This document shows positions 53,201 through 63,400 of a stretch of DNA of 64,000 bases, one piece after another. Source of the stretch: Antedon mediterranea (taxonomy: Eukaryota; Animalia; Echinodermata). Position 1 is the first letter of the stretch. Every line of letters begins with the position of its first letter. Location: positions 27,773,648 through 27,837,647 of the forward strand of contig NC_092673.1 in assembly GCF_964355755.1 (NCBI RefSeq), read 5' to 3'. A program made the position numbers and the translations under genes. The notes under the pieces were generated by a model. The model worked only from the letters and a program-made list of their open reading frames with translations. It was not told the DNA's origin and ran no database searches.

Positions 53201-53716
53201 TATAAAAGATGTTTATAAATATCTTTTTGTCCATTTGATACTATAAGCATTTAAAACACATACAACACAAGCTACAGTAAAGAAAAATGAGCTTATAAAC
53301 CTAATGTTATAAACCAAGGCTTTGTTTTCATTATGAGAATGATGGTAGCACTAATGCTGAGATTGCTAAGCATGTAAATAACCAGGCTGTAGTAGTGCCA
53401 CCTAAGCTAAAGAGGCGCCACCTCTGTTATGATGTAAAAATGACTTAATAACCCATATTCAATCAACTTGTATTGTTTTTATAACATTTTGTAGCTGGTC
53501 AGTGAAGAGGTAGACAATACTTGGATAATCGTAGGAGCATCACTCGGAGGAGTCGCATTATTTATCCTGTTGATCATCCTCGTCATCTTCCTCTTATCTG
53601 TCAAAAGTAAGCGGCGTTCTCAAGGAACGTACAGTCCAAGTCGGCAAGAAATTACCGGATCGCGTGTAGAAATGGATAATATATTAAAATTACCACCAGA
53701 AGAACGCCTTATATAA
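23244..53716 (+). CDS. crb: Protein crumbs homolog (EGF/laminin-G transmembrane polarity protein), ~2455 aa, 20 exons
   Basis: Exons 23244-23280, 31468-32007, 32704-32829, 33064-33282, 33715-34068, 34235-34345, 34485-34823, 35194-35316, 37173-38061, 41727-43093, 43512-44237, 44787-45700, 46159-46236, 46737-46995, 47227-47346, 48322-48663, 50705-50941, 51685-51789, 52494-52753, 53495-53716 (7368 nt, open frame). Signal peptide [15 protein letters not shown], 4 LamG domains, ~42 EGF repeats, TM segment [25 protein letters not shown], and the diagnostic tail [16 protein letters not shown] (FERM- and PDZ-binding motifs). Exon 1 is the least certain. Confidence 0.96.
26524..26691. mobile_element. 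MITE family A
   Basis: agctctgtcta..caaactagtttgac ... tttgatagtgtggacagag. Confidence 0.85.
27665..27806. mobile_element. MITE family A (diverged)
   Basis: tgtctacactcactatcaaac ... gatagtgtggaca. Confidence 0.8.
28014..28635. mobile_element. Non-autonomous Kolobok-like DNA transposon
   Basis: TTAA at 28010-28013 and 28636-28639; imperfect TIR agaccccttccctgc / gtagggaatggggct starting with AG; CpG-rich interior. Confidence 0.7.
30523..30638. mobile_element. MITE family A
   Basis: Both TIRs present, TAA/TAA target duplication. Confidence 0.9.
32476..32633. mobile_element. MITE family A
   Basis: Both TIRs present, TWA flanks. Confidence 0.9.
32883..33019. mobile_element. MITE family A
   Basis: Both TIRs present, TTA/TTA target duplication. 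Confidence 0.9.
34100..34150. mobile_element. MITE family A, one-ended fragment
   Basis: agctctgtctacactatcaaactttatgtgacaaaaa. Confidence 0.75.
34930..35095 (+). mobile_element. SINE fragment with Deu/Nin (AmnSINE1-like) core domain
   Basis: ttcggatgggatgtaaagccg..ggtcc..cacgttaaagaac..aagagtagggg..ccggtgtgctg resembles the Deu-domain consensus as I recall it. Confidence 0.65.
35505..35870. repeat. 27-bp minisatellite, ~13 copies with alternating variants
   Basis: aatcatgctatagtactttcaattggc / actc(a/g)tgctatagtactttcaattg. Confidence 0.95.
36262..36520. repeat. 53-55-bp tandem repeat, ~4.7 copies
   Basis: cagt(g/t)ctctgtcaaccatcacctaaatatgcaaatttgctacctgaaatgtgtta. Confidence 0.9.
39039..39065 (+). 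CDS. Candidate 27-nt alternative microexon of crumbs
   Basis: ~45-nt pyrimidine tract ending ctctag (39038), donor GG|gtgagt (39066). Keeps phase 2 with no stop: [19 protein letters not shown]. Confidence 0.6.
39288..39594. mobile_element. Two adjacent MITE family A copies (39288-39436, 39440-39594) sharing one TAA
   Basis: ..gtagacatagct-taa-agctctgtcca.. Confidence 0.85.
40157..40428. mobile_element. Degenerate Kolobok-like element
   Basis: atgtatgttgtcccc ... ggggacaatatatct followed by ttaa; a related end lies at ~25875. Confidence 0.5.
40742..41575. mobile_element. Non-autonomous piggyBac element
   Basis: TTAA-ccctttcactgcg ... cgcagtgaaaggg-TTAA (perfect 13-bp TIR). Confidence 0.9.
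43111..43189. mobile_element. MITE family A (internally deleted)
   Basis: agccttgtctacactatcaaac ... atagtgtagacagtgct. Confidence 0.8.
45803..46065 (+). mobile_element. tRNA-derived SINE with Deu/Nin-type core
   Basis: A box-like tggccgagcagt, B box-like ggttcgaggc, core ctcggataaggactataaaccg..gtgcacttaaa..agtagggg..accctggtgt. Further fragments at 16515 and ~46383. Confidence 0.75.
49488..49628. mobile_element. MITE family A
   Basis: Both TIRs present, TTA/TTA. Confidence 0.88.
49904..50049. mobile_element. MITE family A
   Basis: Left TIR intact, right TIR diverged. Another fragment lies at 50363-50410. Confidence 0.85.
51101..51401. mobile_element. Non-autonomous piggyBac element (second family)
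   Basis: TTAA-ccctttgaagatg ... catcttcaaaggg-TTAA. Confidence 0.9.
52012..52127. mobile_element. MITE family A
   Basis: agctctgtttacactatcaaac ... agtgtagacagagct. Confidence 0.85.
52777..52960 (+). mobile_element. tRNA-derived SINE
   Basis: tRNA-like head (gtagcttggt..ggggttcaatcc); body shared with 10586-10723. Confidence 0.65.
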
Positions 53717-53869
53717 AGTTGACCAGGACTACAATTAGACTTTAGAGGCCATGCCATAAATGCTAGGTTAGACATAATGCTGGTAGGCAGTAGACTTGAT
53801 GTATTAGATTAAGCTGCTGCCAGACTTTACACTACAGGAGATTTTGTCAGGCTGATGCGAGGCCTTAAT

Positions 53870-54005
53870 GGTGGTTGTGCTAGCCTACTGCCAGGTCTTA
53901 CGTGTGGTTCTGCCAGAGCTTACATGTGGTTCTGCCAGACCTTACATGTGGTTCTGCCAGACCTTACATGTGGTTGTGCTAGCCTGCTGCCAAGGCTTAC
54001 ATGTA
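53870..54005. repeat. 22-bp tandem repeat in the crumbs 3' UTR region
   Basis: cttacatgtggttctgccagac units. Confidence 0.85.
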
Positions 54006-55584
54006 GTAATAGTCGACATTGATTTAATCCAGATATCACTGATACCAATTTAATGTTCTGTCCAGATTTTATTTCGAATAGTGGATGGCCATATCTCGTG
54101 AGTCTGAATGTAGAACGTGTTAACTTCTTTAAACCATTCCTATGCCTAGAGGGCATACTAAGCCAAAGATCGCCAGCGCTGAATTGCTACAATATAATAC
54201 AACAACGCAAAGTGGCTGGCTTGATAGATGCCTTGACGTAGCGAACATATTGTTCGCATATCAAAGAAAACAATTCTGAGGTTTTTTGTTTCGATTCGGT
54301 TAGTACACGGACAGAATTTTGGTATAAAAATAGTGAGATAGACCATAAGAGAGTAGTCATTTTATTTTGAGAAATTTGTAAGAAATATTTGTTGATTTCT
54401 GACAAAAAGATGATAACTATAAAATGCATTTTTCTTGATTTATTTATTTATACAAATTTGAAATACATTTGTGTCTTCCAACAAAGTGACATTCAATGAT
54501 GGCGTTCCCATTGTAAATTTGTGAATGTAAATTATATGTATTGTAAATATTATTTTTCTTATATTCATTTTTATTACTTCAAACTTGCACACAATTGTTG
54601 AATAATTATTTGTTCTATTTTATTAATAAGGTCCTATTGTAAATATTTCCTTCTAAATTTGTAATTAAACATATGTATGTTTGTATATGAAAGAAAAAAA
54701 AAAGAATTATAGTACTTTACCTGTAAATTATACTTGTTTTATAGAATTTTGAAATGAAAATTATAACCTTAAAACAAATCAAAGATTTGACAACAAACAA
54801 TTATTATTTTGAATAAAATTCAGATATTCGGAGATAAAAGTACTATGTAAAAAAAATGTACAATGAATATGTTGATAATTGAAAATCTGTAGTGCCTTAT
54901 TGTACTAGAAAAATGTACAGAGACATGTAAACCAAAGCACTTCGTATTCCATCTATTCCATTATTAAATTCTCAAATTAAGTTGATAATTACCAAAAATA
55001 GATAGACCACACCTTGAAAAGTACAACAAATTGAAGGGAAAAAAATGAATTGTGTATATAATTTTAAATCATATAATAAATAAATAAAGAAATAAGGATG
55101 CTGAAAAAATCAATAAGGGTATAATGCATGATAATGCATATAACCTAATAATAATAATGGTTATTACCAAATAAACGTTATATACTTGGCAATACAAGAG
55201 TTTATCCAGTACACAAAATAGATAGACAACAGAAAAATAAATATTGCATTTTGTATATACACTGTAATTTTAATTATCGTGCGATGGTATAAATAATTTC
55301 ATTTGAAAATTTTGTGAAATTATTTATACCACCACACTCATAAACATTCATTATTTGTATACTATTGCACGCCATGTGACCCACAATCGTCCAATCAATG
55401 GTGTTATATAATATTAGTTATTACCAAATAAACGTTAAATTCAACAAACCTTGACAAATACAAGTGTTAGCCACTGCTACAGTACACAGAATTGAAACGA
55501 TATATAAATGAAAAATAAATTTAAAATTTTGTATATAATTTTTAATAATTTGATAATTAATTAATAACCAGAGATATGTTATAT

Positions 55585-55620
55585 CATAGAGATATTATAG
55601 TGAACTATAATATCTCTATG
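55585..55620. mobile_element. 36-bp perfect palindrome flanked by a 7-bp direct repeat (minimal TIR-only element)
   Basis: gttatat-catagagatattatagt-ga-actataatatctctatg-gttatat. Confidence 0.7.
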
Positions 55621-56404
55621 GTTATATTTAGCAAACTTAACTAGCCTTGATTTAAGAACCAGTGCTTTATTATACACCTTGTATTATAGTATGCAAGTAT
55701 TTATGTACTGTACACGTCAAGTTAGTACTATATGAGTTTTATATAAAAATGTATACAAAACGAATTCTTAAATGCTATAGCTGAACGCATGAAGACAATT
55801 TTTCTACTAGGTAAATAATATTCCTGAGCTCTGATTGTTTGTACATTTTCCGTGTCACAACAAGTAGATGAACAAATGAACTACGCATGGGTATAAACCA
55901 AAGCTTTCGATTCGCGCGAATACATTTCTTCTTCTAGTATAGTGGAAGATAGGCTTTATGAAAATATTAAAAATGTAATTTATTTGAATTATTTTCTTTA
56001 TTTCTTGTTCATAGATTTATTTTATTCTTCATCTATTTTTATTTATATGACGAGCACAATACTTATGTTAGTAGTTCTACAATAATTATTGTATTTCTTG
56101 TGTATTACTATTAGGCCTATGTACATTATTTTAAAATCAAGAAAAAGTTATTCTAATCCTAGTCATGTGTATAAAAGATTTAAAAAATCACTGACATATC
56201 ATAACAAAAACAGAATACTGCAAATCTATTAATTTTAATTTGTTTTCTAACAATCAGTTTAATTGTAACAAGATTGTTAGTAGGTTTTATGTGAACATTA
56301 TTTAATAAAGTTAATGTAATACATTTGTGTAAGTATTTTGTTTCATTTATTATATTAACTTTTTTTAAATATCAACTCTATCGATGATAATCAGGATGAT
56401 ATTT

Positions 56405-58162
56405 TCAATAATTGAATATTTTAACGTTATTCGCTCTGTGATTGGCTACTGCTAGTTGTCGAGGTCTGCTTGAAATAACCGTGATTCCACACGGAGCATC
56501 TAACCCATCCTCCTCACTGCCAATTCGTTTGATCAAATCTCCATTTTTATCAAATACTTGTAGTTTTTGATAACTAGATACTATTAACAGCTCGTCCGGA
56601 TCCATAGTCACACCGCAAGGGTTTATAACTTCGCCGTCCTCGTATCCGAAGCCTACAAGTCGTCTCATAAACCTATCATTTGCATCGAACATTTGTATTC
56701 TGTTGTTATCGAAATCTGCGACAATCACGTGACCTTTCTTAGTTAACGTCACATCAGTCGGTGTTCTGAAGTTACCGTCGCTCCTACCTTCAGAACCTAT
56801 CTTCCCAAGTACTTTACCAGTATCAACATTGAATTTATGTACGCAATTATCTTCGCAATCCGCAACGTATAGTGTTCTACTTTCCGTATTTACCGCTAAC
56901 CCTGACGGATATTTGATGACGTCATTGCCGTACGTTCGGATCTCGTTAAAATTTGCATCGCACATTGCAACGATCTTTTGTAAGTGGTCACTGAAAAGAA
57001 CATGACCATCTCCCATTTGATGCATTCTGTTGACTTTCACGTCTCTTAGTATTTCGATCGTTTTAACAAATGAACCAGTTTTTGTAATCTTTACAACGTC
57101 TCTGCTTTTGCTTGATATAAGTAATGTTCCATCTTTATTTACCAGTACGTCTGCTACTCTGTTATATTTATTGTGTTCTTTCCAGTCCGATAACTTACTG
57201 ATTGTGTGCACCATTCCTGTTTTTTCGATTTTAATGTTCACTGGCGAACCTTTGATGTGCTCATCACAAGCAGTTATGTTCTTCCAATTACCATCCGTAT
57301 AACATTTTCCTTTGATGCTGTACTCTCCACTTCCATGGTGTTCGATGTCAACTGTCGATTCTTCTTCACCAGAGGAATGTGTCAAAGTGGCTGTTAAGAG
57401 TCCAGTATTCAGGTCAGTTTGGCTTGATATTTTCACGACCACAAGTTGACCTTTCGTAAAAATCATTGGTTCCTCTTTGTCGGAAACTTTGTAAAGATCA
57501 TTCAAGGTTTTTATTTCTCCTACACCTTCTTTACTCATCAGGTCATTTAATTTAGTAGATATAATAAAACTCGGTATAACATTAACCTTGTGAAATGTGT
57601 CGTCATCAATCGGCTTTATCACCTTTTCTTGAAGTCCGATGACGTCAGTTTTAACTGACATCAGCGATTCTTTCTCTTTTGGCCTGTTCTTTATTTTATT
57701 AACAGAAGAAAGCAATGTTTTTAATTCACTTTGCTTTTCATCAAGTTCCGTCACCTGACAACCAATCGATTCATTGTTCTTCTTTTCTAAATCATCAAGC
57801 TCAGATATTAATTTATTACGTTTTTCCCGAACCCAATCAATAATAGCTTTTTCCTGGATATCAATAGCCGTTTTACATAATTTCAAATGAGATTCAAAAT
57901 TTGATTTGTTTTCAAAAATTGTATCAAATTTTTCTTCCAAATTTTGTTTAATACTTGCTAGTACCTTCAACACCTCATCGGCATTTTGATTAATTTGCTG
58001 CACTGCTTTCTTCATTGGAATGACGTCATGGTTATTTTGATAACAAACTAGAATAGTTTTACATTCTTTACATGCTGATGTTTTGCAAGTTGTGCAGAAT
58101 ATTTCGAATAAGTTTTCCGAGTGCAAAGCACATGTCGTCGGTGTTTGTGGAACGCCAGACAT
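56405..58162 (-). CDS. TRIM-NHL-like protein (B-box, coiled coil, filamin-type Ig, NHL repeats; no RING), 585 aa, single coding exon
   Basis: B-box CALH..FCTTCKTSACKEC..HDV, heptad region, HIKGSP filamin end, NHL repeats (YPSGLAV..LYVADCEDNCVHKF; FRTPTDV..VIVADFDNNRIQMFD; PCGV). The ATG directly follows a minus-strand acceptor (ttttcag at 58163-58169); a likely non-coding exon ends at 59273 (donor gtaagt). Confidence 0.9.
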   Translation of the reverse strand: MSGVPQTPTTCALHSENLFEIFCTTCKTSACKECKTILVCYQNNHDVIPMKKAVQQINQNADEVLKVLASIKQNLEEKFDTIFENKSNFESHLKLCKTAIDIQEKAIIDWVREKRNKLISELDDLEKKNNESIGCQVTELDEKQSELKTLLSSVNKIKNRPKEKESLMSVKTDVIGLQEKVIKPIDDDTFHKVNVIPSFIISTKLNDLMSKEGVGEIKTLNDLYKVSDKEEPMIFTKGQLVVVKISSQTDLNTGLLTATLTHSSGEEESTVDIEHHGSGEYSIKGKCYTDGNWKNITACDEHIKGSPVNIKIEKTGMVHTISKLSDWKEHNKYNRVADVLVNKDGTLLISSKSRDVVKITKTGSFVKTIEILRDVKVNRMHQMGDGHVLFSDHLQKIVAMCDANFNEIRTYGNDVIKYPSGLAVNTESRTLYVADCEDNCVHKFNVDTGKVLGKIGSEGRSDGNFRTPTDVTLTKKGHVIVADFDNNRIQMFDANDRFMRRLVGFGYEDGEVINPCGVTMDPDELLIVSSYQKLQVFDKNGDLIKRIGSEEDGLDAPCGITVISSRPRQLAVANHRANNVKIFNY

Positions 58163-59272
58163 CTGAAAAATAAAGTAAATATATTACTAATTAGACCTAC
58201 TCAAAAAGGCGTAATCGGTAATTGTTCCAAATTGTTTTCAATTGATTGGAGTGGAACTGCTGGAATAGGATCAATTTGTATAGAATTAATGTACACACAC
58301 TTTAGTTATTTTGTTTTGGATGGGATTATAAACTATAGTAGTCCATCATTATTCAAAAGAACTAAATATTTGTTAGGCCTATACTGTTCAGTACAAGGTC
58401 ACACGTCACCAATTCAGCAGGAAGGGAGAAGATCAAAGGAAGTAATTTTAAAATTAGTTCCTTCGTTTATCAACAAACAAAACACTAATAATTATTCATT
58501 TCAACTATTACTATTACACTTTCCACTGTTTAAACAGTTGTTTTAAATACAATAGTAAGAAAATGAAGAAAAAAAGTTATTAATAATTATTTTGAAGTTG
58601 TAATGCCAGTTGTACTGCTTTACAATATTACATTGATATTAAGTGCAATGGATTGTAAATGAACTTGTTTACTTATGAAGAAATGAAAAGGAGTCAAACC
58701 AAACCTATATAAGAGTCTAAGACAAAACAAACTATTACTGCTCTACTTTATAATCCGGCAATAAAATCAGACTAACAATTATGTCTGAGCGGAACAACGG
58801 ATTCTATTCTTACTGTCATATCAATTCTTTTTGTTTCTGTAATGCTCGAAAATTAGTATATTCTCCATTCTCAAATAAATAGAATAGCATGGCATATTAT
58901 TATTGTTATTGTTATTCAATAACTGACTTCAAGTTGCGTCACTACCGAACTGTTTGGATAGGGAAGAGTAACATTTCTAGGATAATAGACCTGGAATAAT
59001 TTCTGTACAAGGTACCATAAGCATTATTTTCATTAAAATAATTTGGAATTTCCATAGGAGAGCAGAGAAATTGTTTGCCAAAATAATGTTGTGTCATCAT
59101 TGCAGTAAGTGTTCTGAGAGAGAATCATGATTTGTGTGACATACCGGGCAGGAAATGTCAAAACTCAACAGCTTTTTTTGTTTCGGTTCTGATCTTTCTT
59201 CAGAAACCCTGTTCGGTTTAATGAACACTAAAACATTCGATTTTGGGATATTCAAAATTAATTTCTACTTAC

Positions 59273-59545
59273 GGTTGTTTCTTTGGTTGTAGCTAGCTGT
59301 TTTTAATTCTATACAGAAGGCCTAATAATAGCTATTTCTGTGATCATGTAGAAAGACGGGAACTTGTTTCTAAGCTGCTGATTGGATAAAAAATGACAGT
59401 GAAAAGGAAGTGCTTAGTCAATACCAGGGAGTTGTAAAATAATTTATTTTACAACTCCCTGGTCAATACTATTCTGAACAAGGGATAGTCGGTCTTTAGA
59501 CAGGAGACGATAAGGGAGAGATCAAAACCAAAACAGACCAACATG
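59273..59545. promoter_or_regulatory. Putative bidirectional promoter between the TRIM-NHL gene (-) and FIRRM (+)
   Basis: Oppositely oriented first-exon donors at 59272 (-) and 59546 (+), only ~270 nt apart; CCAAT-type attgg at 59381 and ETS-like ggaagtg at 59406. Confidence 0.5.
59425..59461. mobile_element. 37-bp perfect palindrome with an 8-bp target-site duplication
   Basis: gtcaatac-cagggagttgtaaaataa-t-ttattttacaactccctg-gtcaatac. Confidence 0.8.
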
Positions 59546-60417
59546 GTAAATTTAAATTCGACTAAATTAATGGTAGTTTATTTTGTAGGCCTATTTCCTT
59601 AGCTTTTCAAAAATTCTTATAGTATAGAACTAAGCTATATATGCACTTTTGGTAACTATTTTAGGAAACCGAATAAATAATTTTCTTTTAATGTAAAAAC
59701 AAATAATTGAGGATTTAATATTCCTATTTTTATCAATAAAAGTCTACTTCTCTTCAAATGATAGTGATCTCTTGATAGTTTAACGTTGGTGGCGGTAATC
59801 CGTTACGATTTTCCCATTTTTTAATTCATGCGCGGGTACGGTATTGTTATTTTGATCTAGCCTAGCCTTACTAGAGGCCTAGGCCTACAAATGCATCATA
59901 TATACTTAGTTAGCCCATCATATTGATTATGATGATAGTATAATTTTTATCAGAACTAGCAGTAAGTAGGGCCTCTATCTTTCGTGAATATATGATGTAT
60001 TTTACCTTTTGTCGGCTATCGTATTCTCTAGCTAGCTTGACTAGACTTGTGTGTATCTTGTGTGTGTATAGTGTAGCCTGTTAGTGTTAGGCCTGGCCCT
60101 ACTACTAGCCTACTAGTAGCTGGGCTAAGCCGAGCTAGGCCTAGTAGTAGTAGCTAGGCTAGTTTAGGAAGCAGTCTTATTAGATGAGCCAAAGTCTAAG
60201 TCATAGCCAGGAATAAACACAACCAATATCACCCTAAAAACTGTACTAGGCCTACTACTACTAGTAGTTAGGCCTAACACTCACTCGGTAACACAAAGTA
60301 CTAAGTAAGTAGTCTCTTAATTAATAATATAAATTGGAACAACACAGAACTGTAAACAGAATTTGGTTAATTGTGATTTTATTACTTTTGATTACAGATT
60401 TAAAAAAAAAAACAAGA

Positions 60418-63400
60418 ATGTCTCAGTCTACTCCATTATTAGAAGATGTTGGTAAAATACAAAATAAAAACAAGAAAGAAGAAATCAATGCCTTACAAAA
60501 TCTAATAATATCCTTTTGAAAAATTGTAAAGTAAAATGCACAGCACTGATAATTATTAATTACATCATAGTCCAGGAATGCCTTAATCAACTCTCCAATA
60601 CACTCTCAAAACCAGAACTCTCCCTAAACCAGATTTTTTGGTTTTACCATAAAACACATCCAGACTTCTTTCAGAAAACCAGACATATTAGGCATACCCA
60701 AAGGTGTCTGGTATTGAGGGAGAGAGAGAGAGATTAATAATAAATAAAAAACAACTAATTAATTTACCCTAAAAACTAATAAATTCAGCCAAAACAGATT
60801 TAGGGTAAATTCCACTTTCAATTCTGTATTTATTAATTATTATAGTAATTTGATTTTAATTGAAATATATTTTTCTTAACCTTCTTATGTACATTCATTT
60901 TACTGATAGTCAGAATGTTGAAGAACAAATTGAAATATTAAGAACATTGTCATCTTCATTTTTCCCCATCATCAGTGCGTCACAGCTGCAGAACAAATTA
61001 TTTTCACAAGTGTTGCCAACGGTATTAAATTACTTATTTGTTTTATAGTTTATAGAATTAAATAGCCAAAACCTAATTAAATAACCATAAGAGAATAAAA
61101 GTTTAAAATGCATCAAACTTAAAGAAAGTTCTCCAATTATTGCTAATTATTCAACCAGATTATGTTTATGTCAATTTATTTCTTTTCTTTCCATCTTACT
61201 ACAGTAGCTCTCATTTTTAGATTGATTATTTATTTATATATATATGTATATTATTTACTTTACAGGTAACTCAAATGTTTGATGAGTGTATTAACAAGTT
61301 ACAATGTAGCCTAACTGAATCGGCCGATGTCATCAATGAAGCAGGCGTGGTACCCCAACTCAAGGTACCATTTCATTTTCAACTGTAATACTTTCTTTAA
61401 CAAATCCAAACTAAGATATTAGTAAAAAGGTTCATCTGGATCACTGTATAGTATTTTAAGTAAATTTTCTTTTGGATGATCCAAAGTCGAATAAAATTTG
61501 TAAACTTACGTTTTTTTACTCTAGCTTTCGCTGGTCAACGACGCAGCTTAATCATGAGTGAGTCTCTGTGACTTGGACTTGTTACCATTAGATCTCGTAT
61601 ATGGTATAGCGCCATCTATAGATCGTTCAGGTTTTCCCAAATGGGAACAGAGAAAATTTACTTAAAATACAAACTAAGATACATACTAAATCCCCCTAGA
61701 ACAGTCTAAACCATGTATACAAGATGCATCCCTGGACATTCAGGGCCGGCTCCTGATTGTGTTTAAATTGGGAGTTATAACATATAAGATTAATTATTAT
61801 TCTGTCAAAAAACGTATTGGAAAGAGAATATTTATTTATTATTATTTATTAATTCATTATTAATATTATGGAATTATTATTGCAGGAAACATTACAAAAC
61901 TAAAGCTCTGTCTACACTATCAAACTAGTTTGACAAAAAAGTGTGATGTGTCCAAATATGGTAATGATATTACATCATCATGTCCATATAATGAACATCA
62001 CATTTTGTTGTCACATAAAGTTTCAGACAGAGCTTAAAATATTCCATAAACAAAATTCTACTTAAATATGGCATATTACATTTTCCAATTTTCAAGCTTT
62101 GTCAAAAACTTGAATTCATTGATCTAAAGCTCTGTTTACACTATAAAACTGTATGTGACAAAAAAATGTGATGTGCCTATACTGTACATGGACACGATAT
62201 TGTCATATCACTACAATATTTGGGCATATCACTACCATGTTTGTGCAGATTGCACTTTTTTTTGTCAAACTAGTGATAGTGTTGACAATACATAAAAGCC
62301 TAATTTTCAAGCCTTGTTGTTTTCTCTTGATAGGTATTGATGGAAATTGTAGACACCTTACTTTTATATGTGAATCATGTCTGTAAGCTACCAGATGTCA
62401 AGTTTGAATATGTTTCATCTCTTCCTCCATCTGCTGTACATATTATCAAACAGTCTTTTGAACATTGTAAGGTATGAAACTGAAGTTCCTAAAGTTAAGG
62501 CATACATTTGAATTAAAACCCCTTAAGTTCCTAAAATAAGGCATGCATTTGAATTATAATCTAACCGCTTAAGTTCTTAAAATTGAGGTATACATTTGAA
62601 ATATTTTAAACCTACAATTGTCAATGCTTCCAAAAGCAGACTCTTTGAAAACCAACATTTTCTTTCACAAAATCATTTCTGTCATTTAGATTAAATGCAT
62701 CTACCAGACTTTCCAGAAATACTGTATTTTGGCCAGCCCAAGGTTGTACAGTTTTGGAATATTTGACTTCTGGGCTAGAACTCGCGTCAATAATTAGTTA
62801 TTATTCAAATTTGATGTAGGTTAGTAACTCACTGTATGGAGAACTTTTCCAATGTGTGTCCGAACACTTGATGGCGCTGTTTAAGAAAGCTCATCAGCTG
62901 CAGAAGTCGCTTATCTCATTGATGGAACTTCTACCACTGACATCAGAGACACCAGATGATTGTATCAACTGTTTTACAGAAGGTAATGTCAAAGGTCGCA
63001 AGATACAGAAGTAAAATTAAAGTGTCATGCCAAATATCATCACTGATTGTTGTATTCTGTCATCATCTATTATTACCATCGCCATAGAATTTTCTTTGTT
63101 ATGTTTTGTCAGGGCCGTAGCCAGCATTAAGCATGGAATTTTCAATTTTCACCACCCACCCTAATTCCCCAGCGCAGATCCTCATATTTTATATTAATAA
63201 AGCATCTTTGCCTCGCTACAGCCTTGTTTTGAGAAAATCAGAGTGAGCATTTTTTGTAAGTGCCTATGGTGAAGGTGGATGGGAACCCTAACCTTAAACT
63301 TCTTCAGCTCACCTTGAAGTTATTATTAAATTTAATATTTTAAGTTTGTTTCTCTTGTTAGTGTGTGGTGTTTTTCATGATGTTTGCTGTATAATAAGTA

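Noticed and set aside
31468-53716. Notch, fibropellin or Eyes-shut identity for the EGF-rich gene
   Set aside because: No LNR, ankyrin, CUB or avidin domains; the TM segment plus GTYSPS..ERLI tail is diagnostic of Crumbs.
60571-60737. Extra FIRRM exon (QECLNQLSNTLSK)
   Set aside because: The sequence is a degenerate copy of the Tc1/mariner MITE at 9525-9696, and the AT-AC intron already gives an in-frame join.
61886-61897. 12-nt FIRRM microexon encoding ETLQ, which would fit the recalled human alignment
   Set aside because: It has an acceptor (tgcag) but no GT/GC donor after it; a MITE starts 6 nt later.
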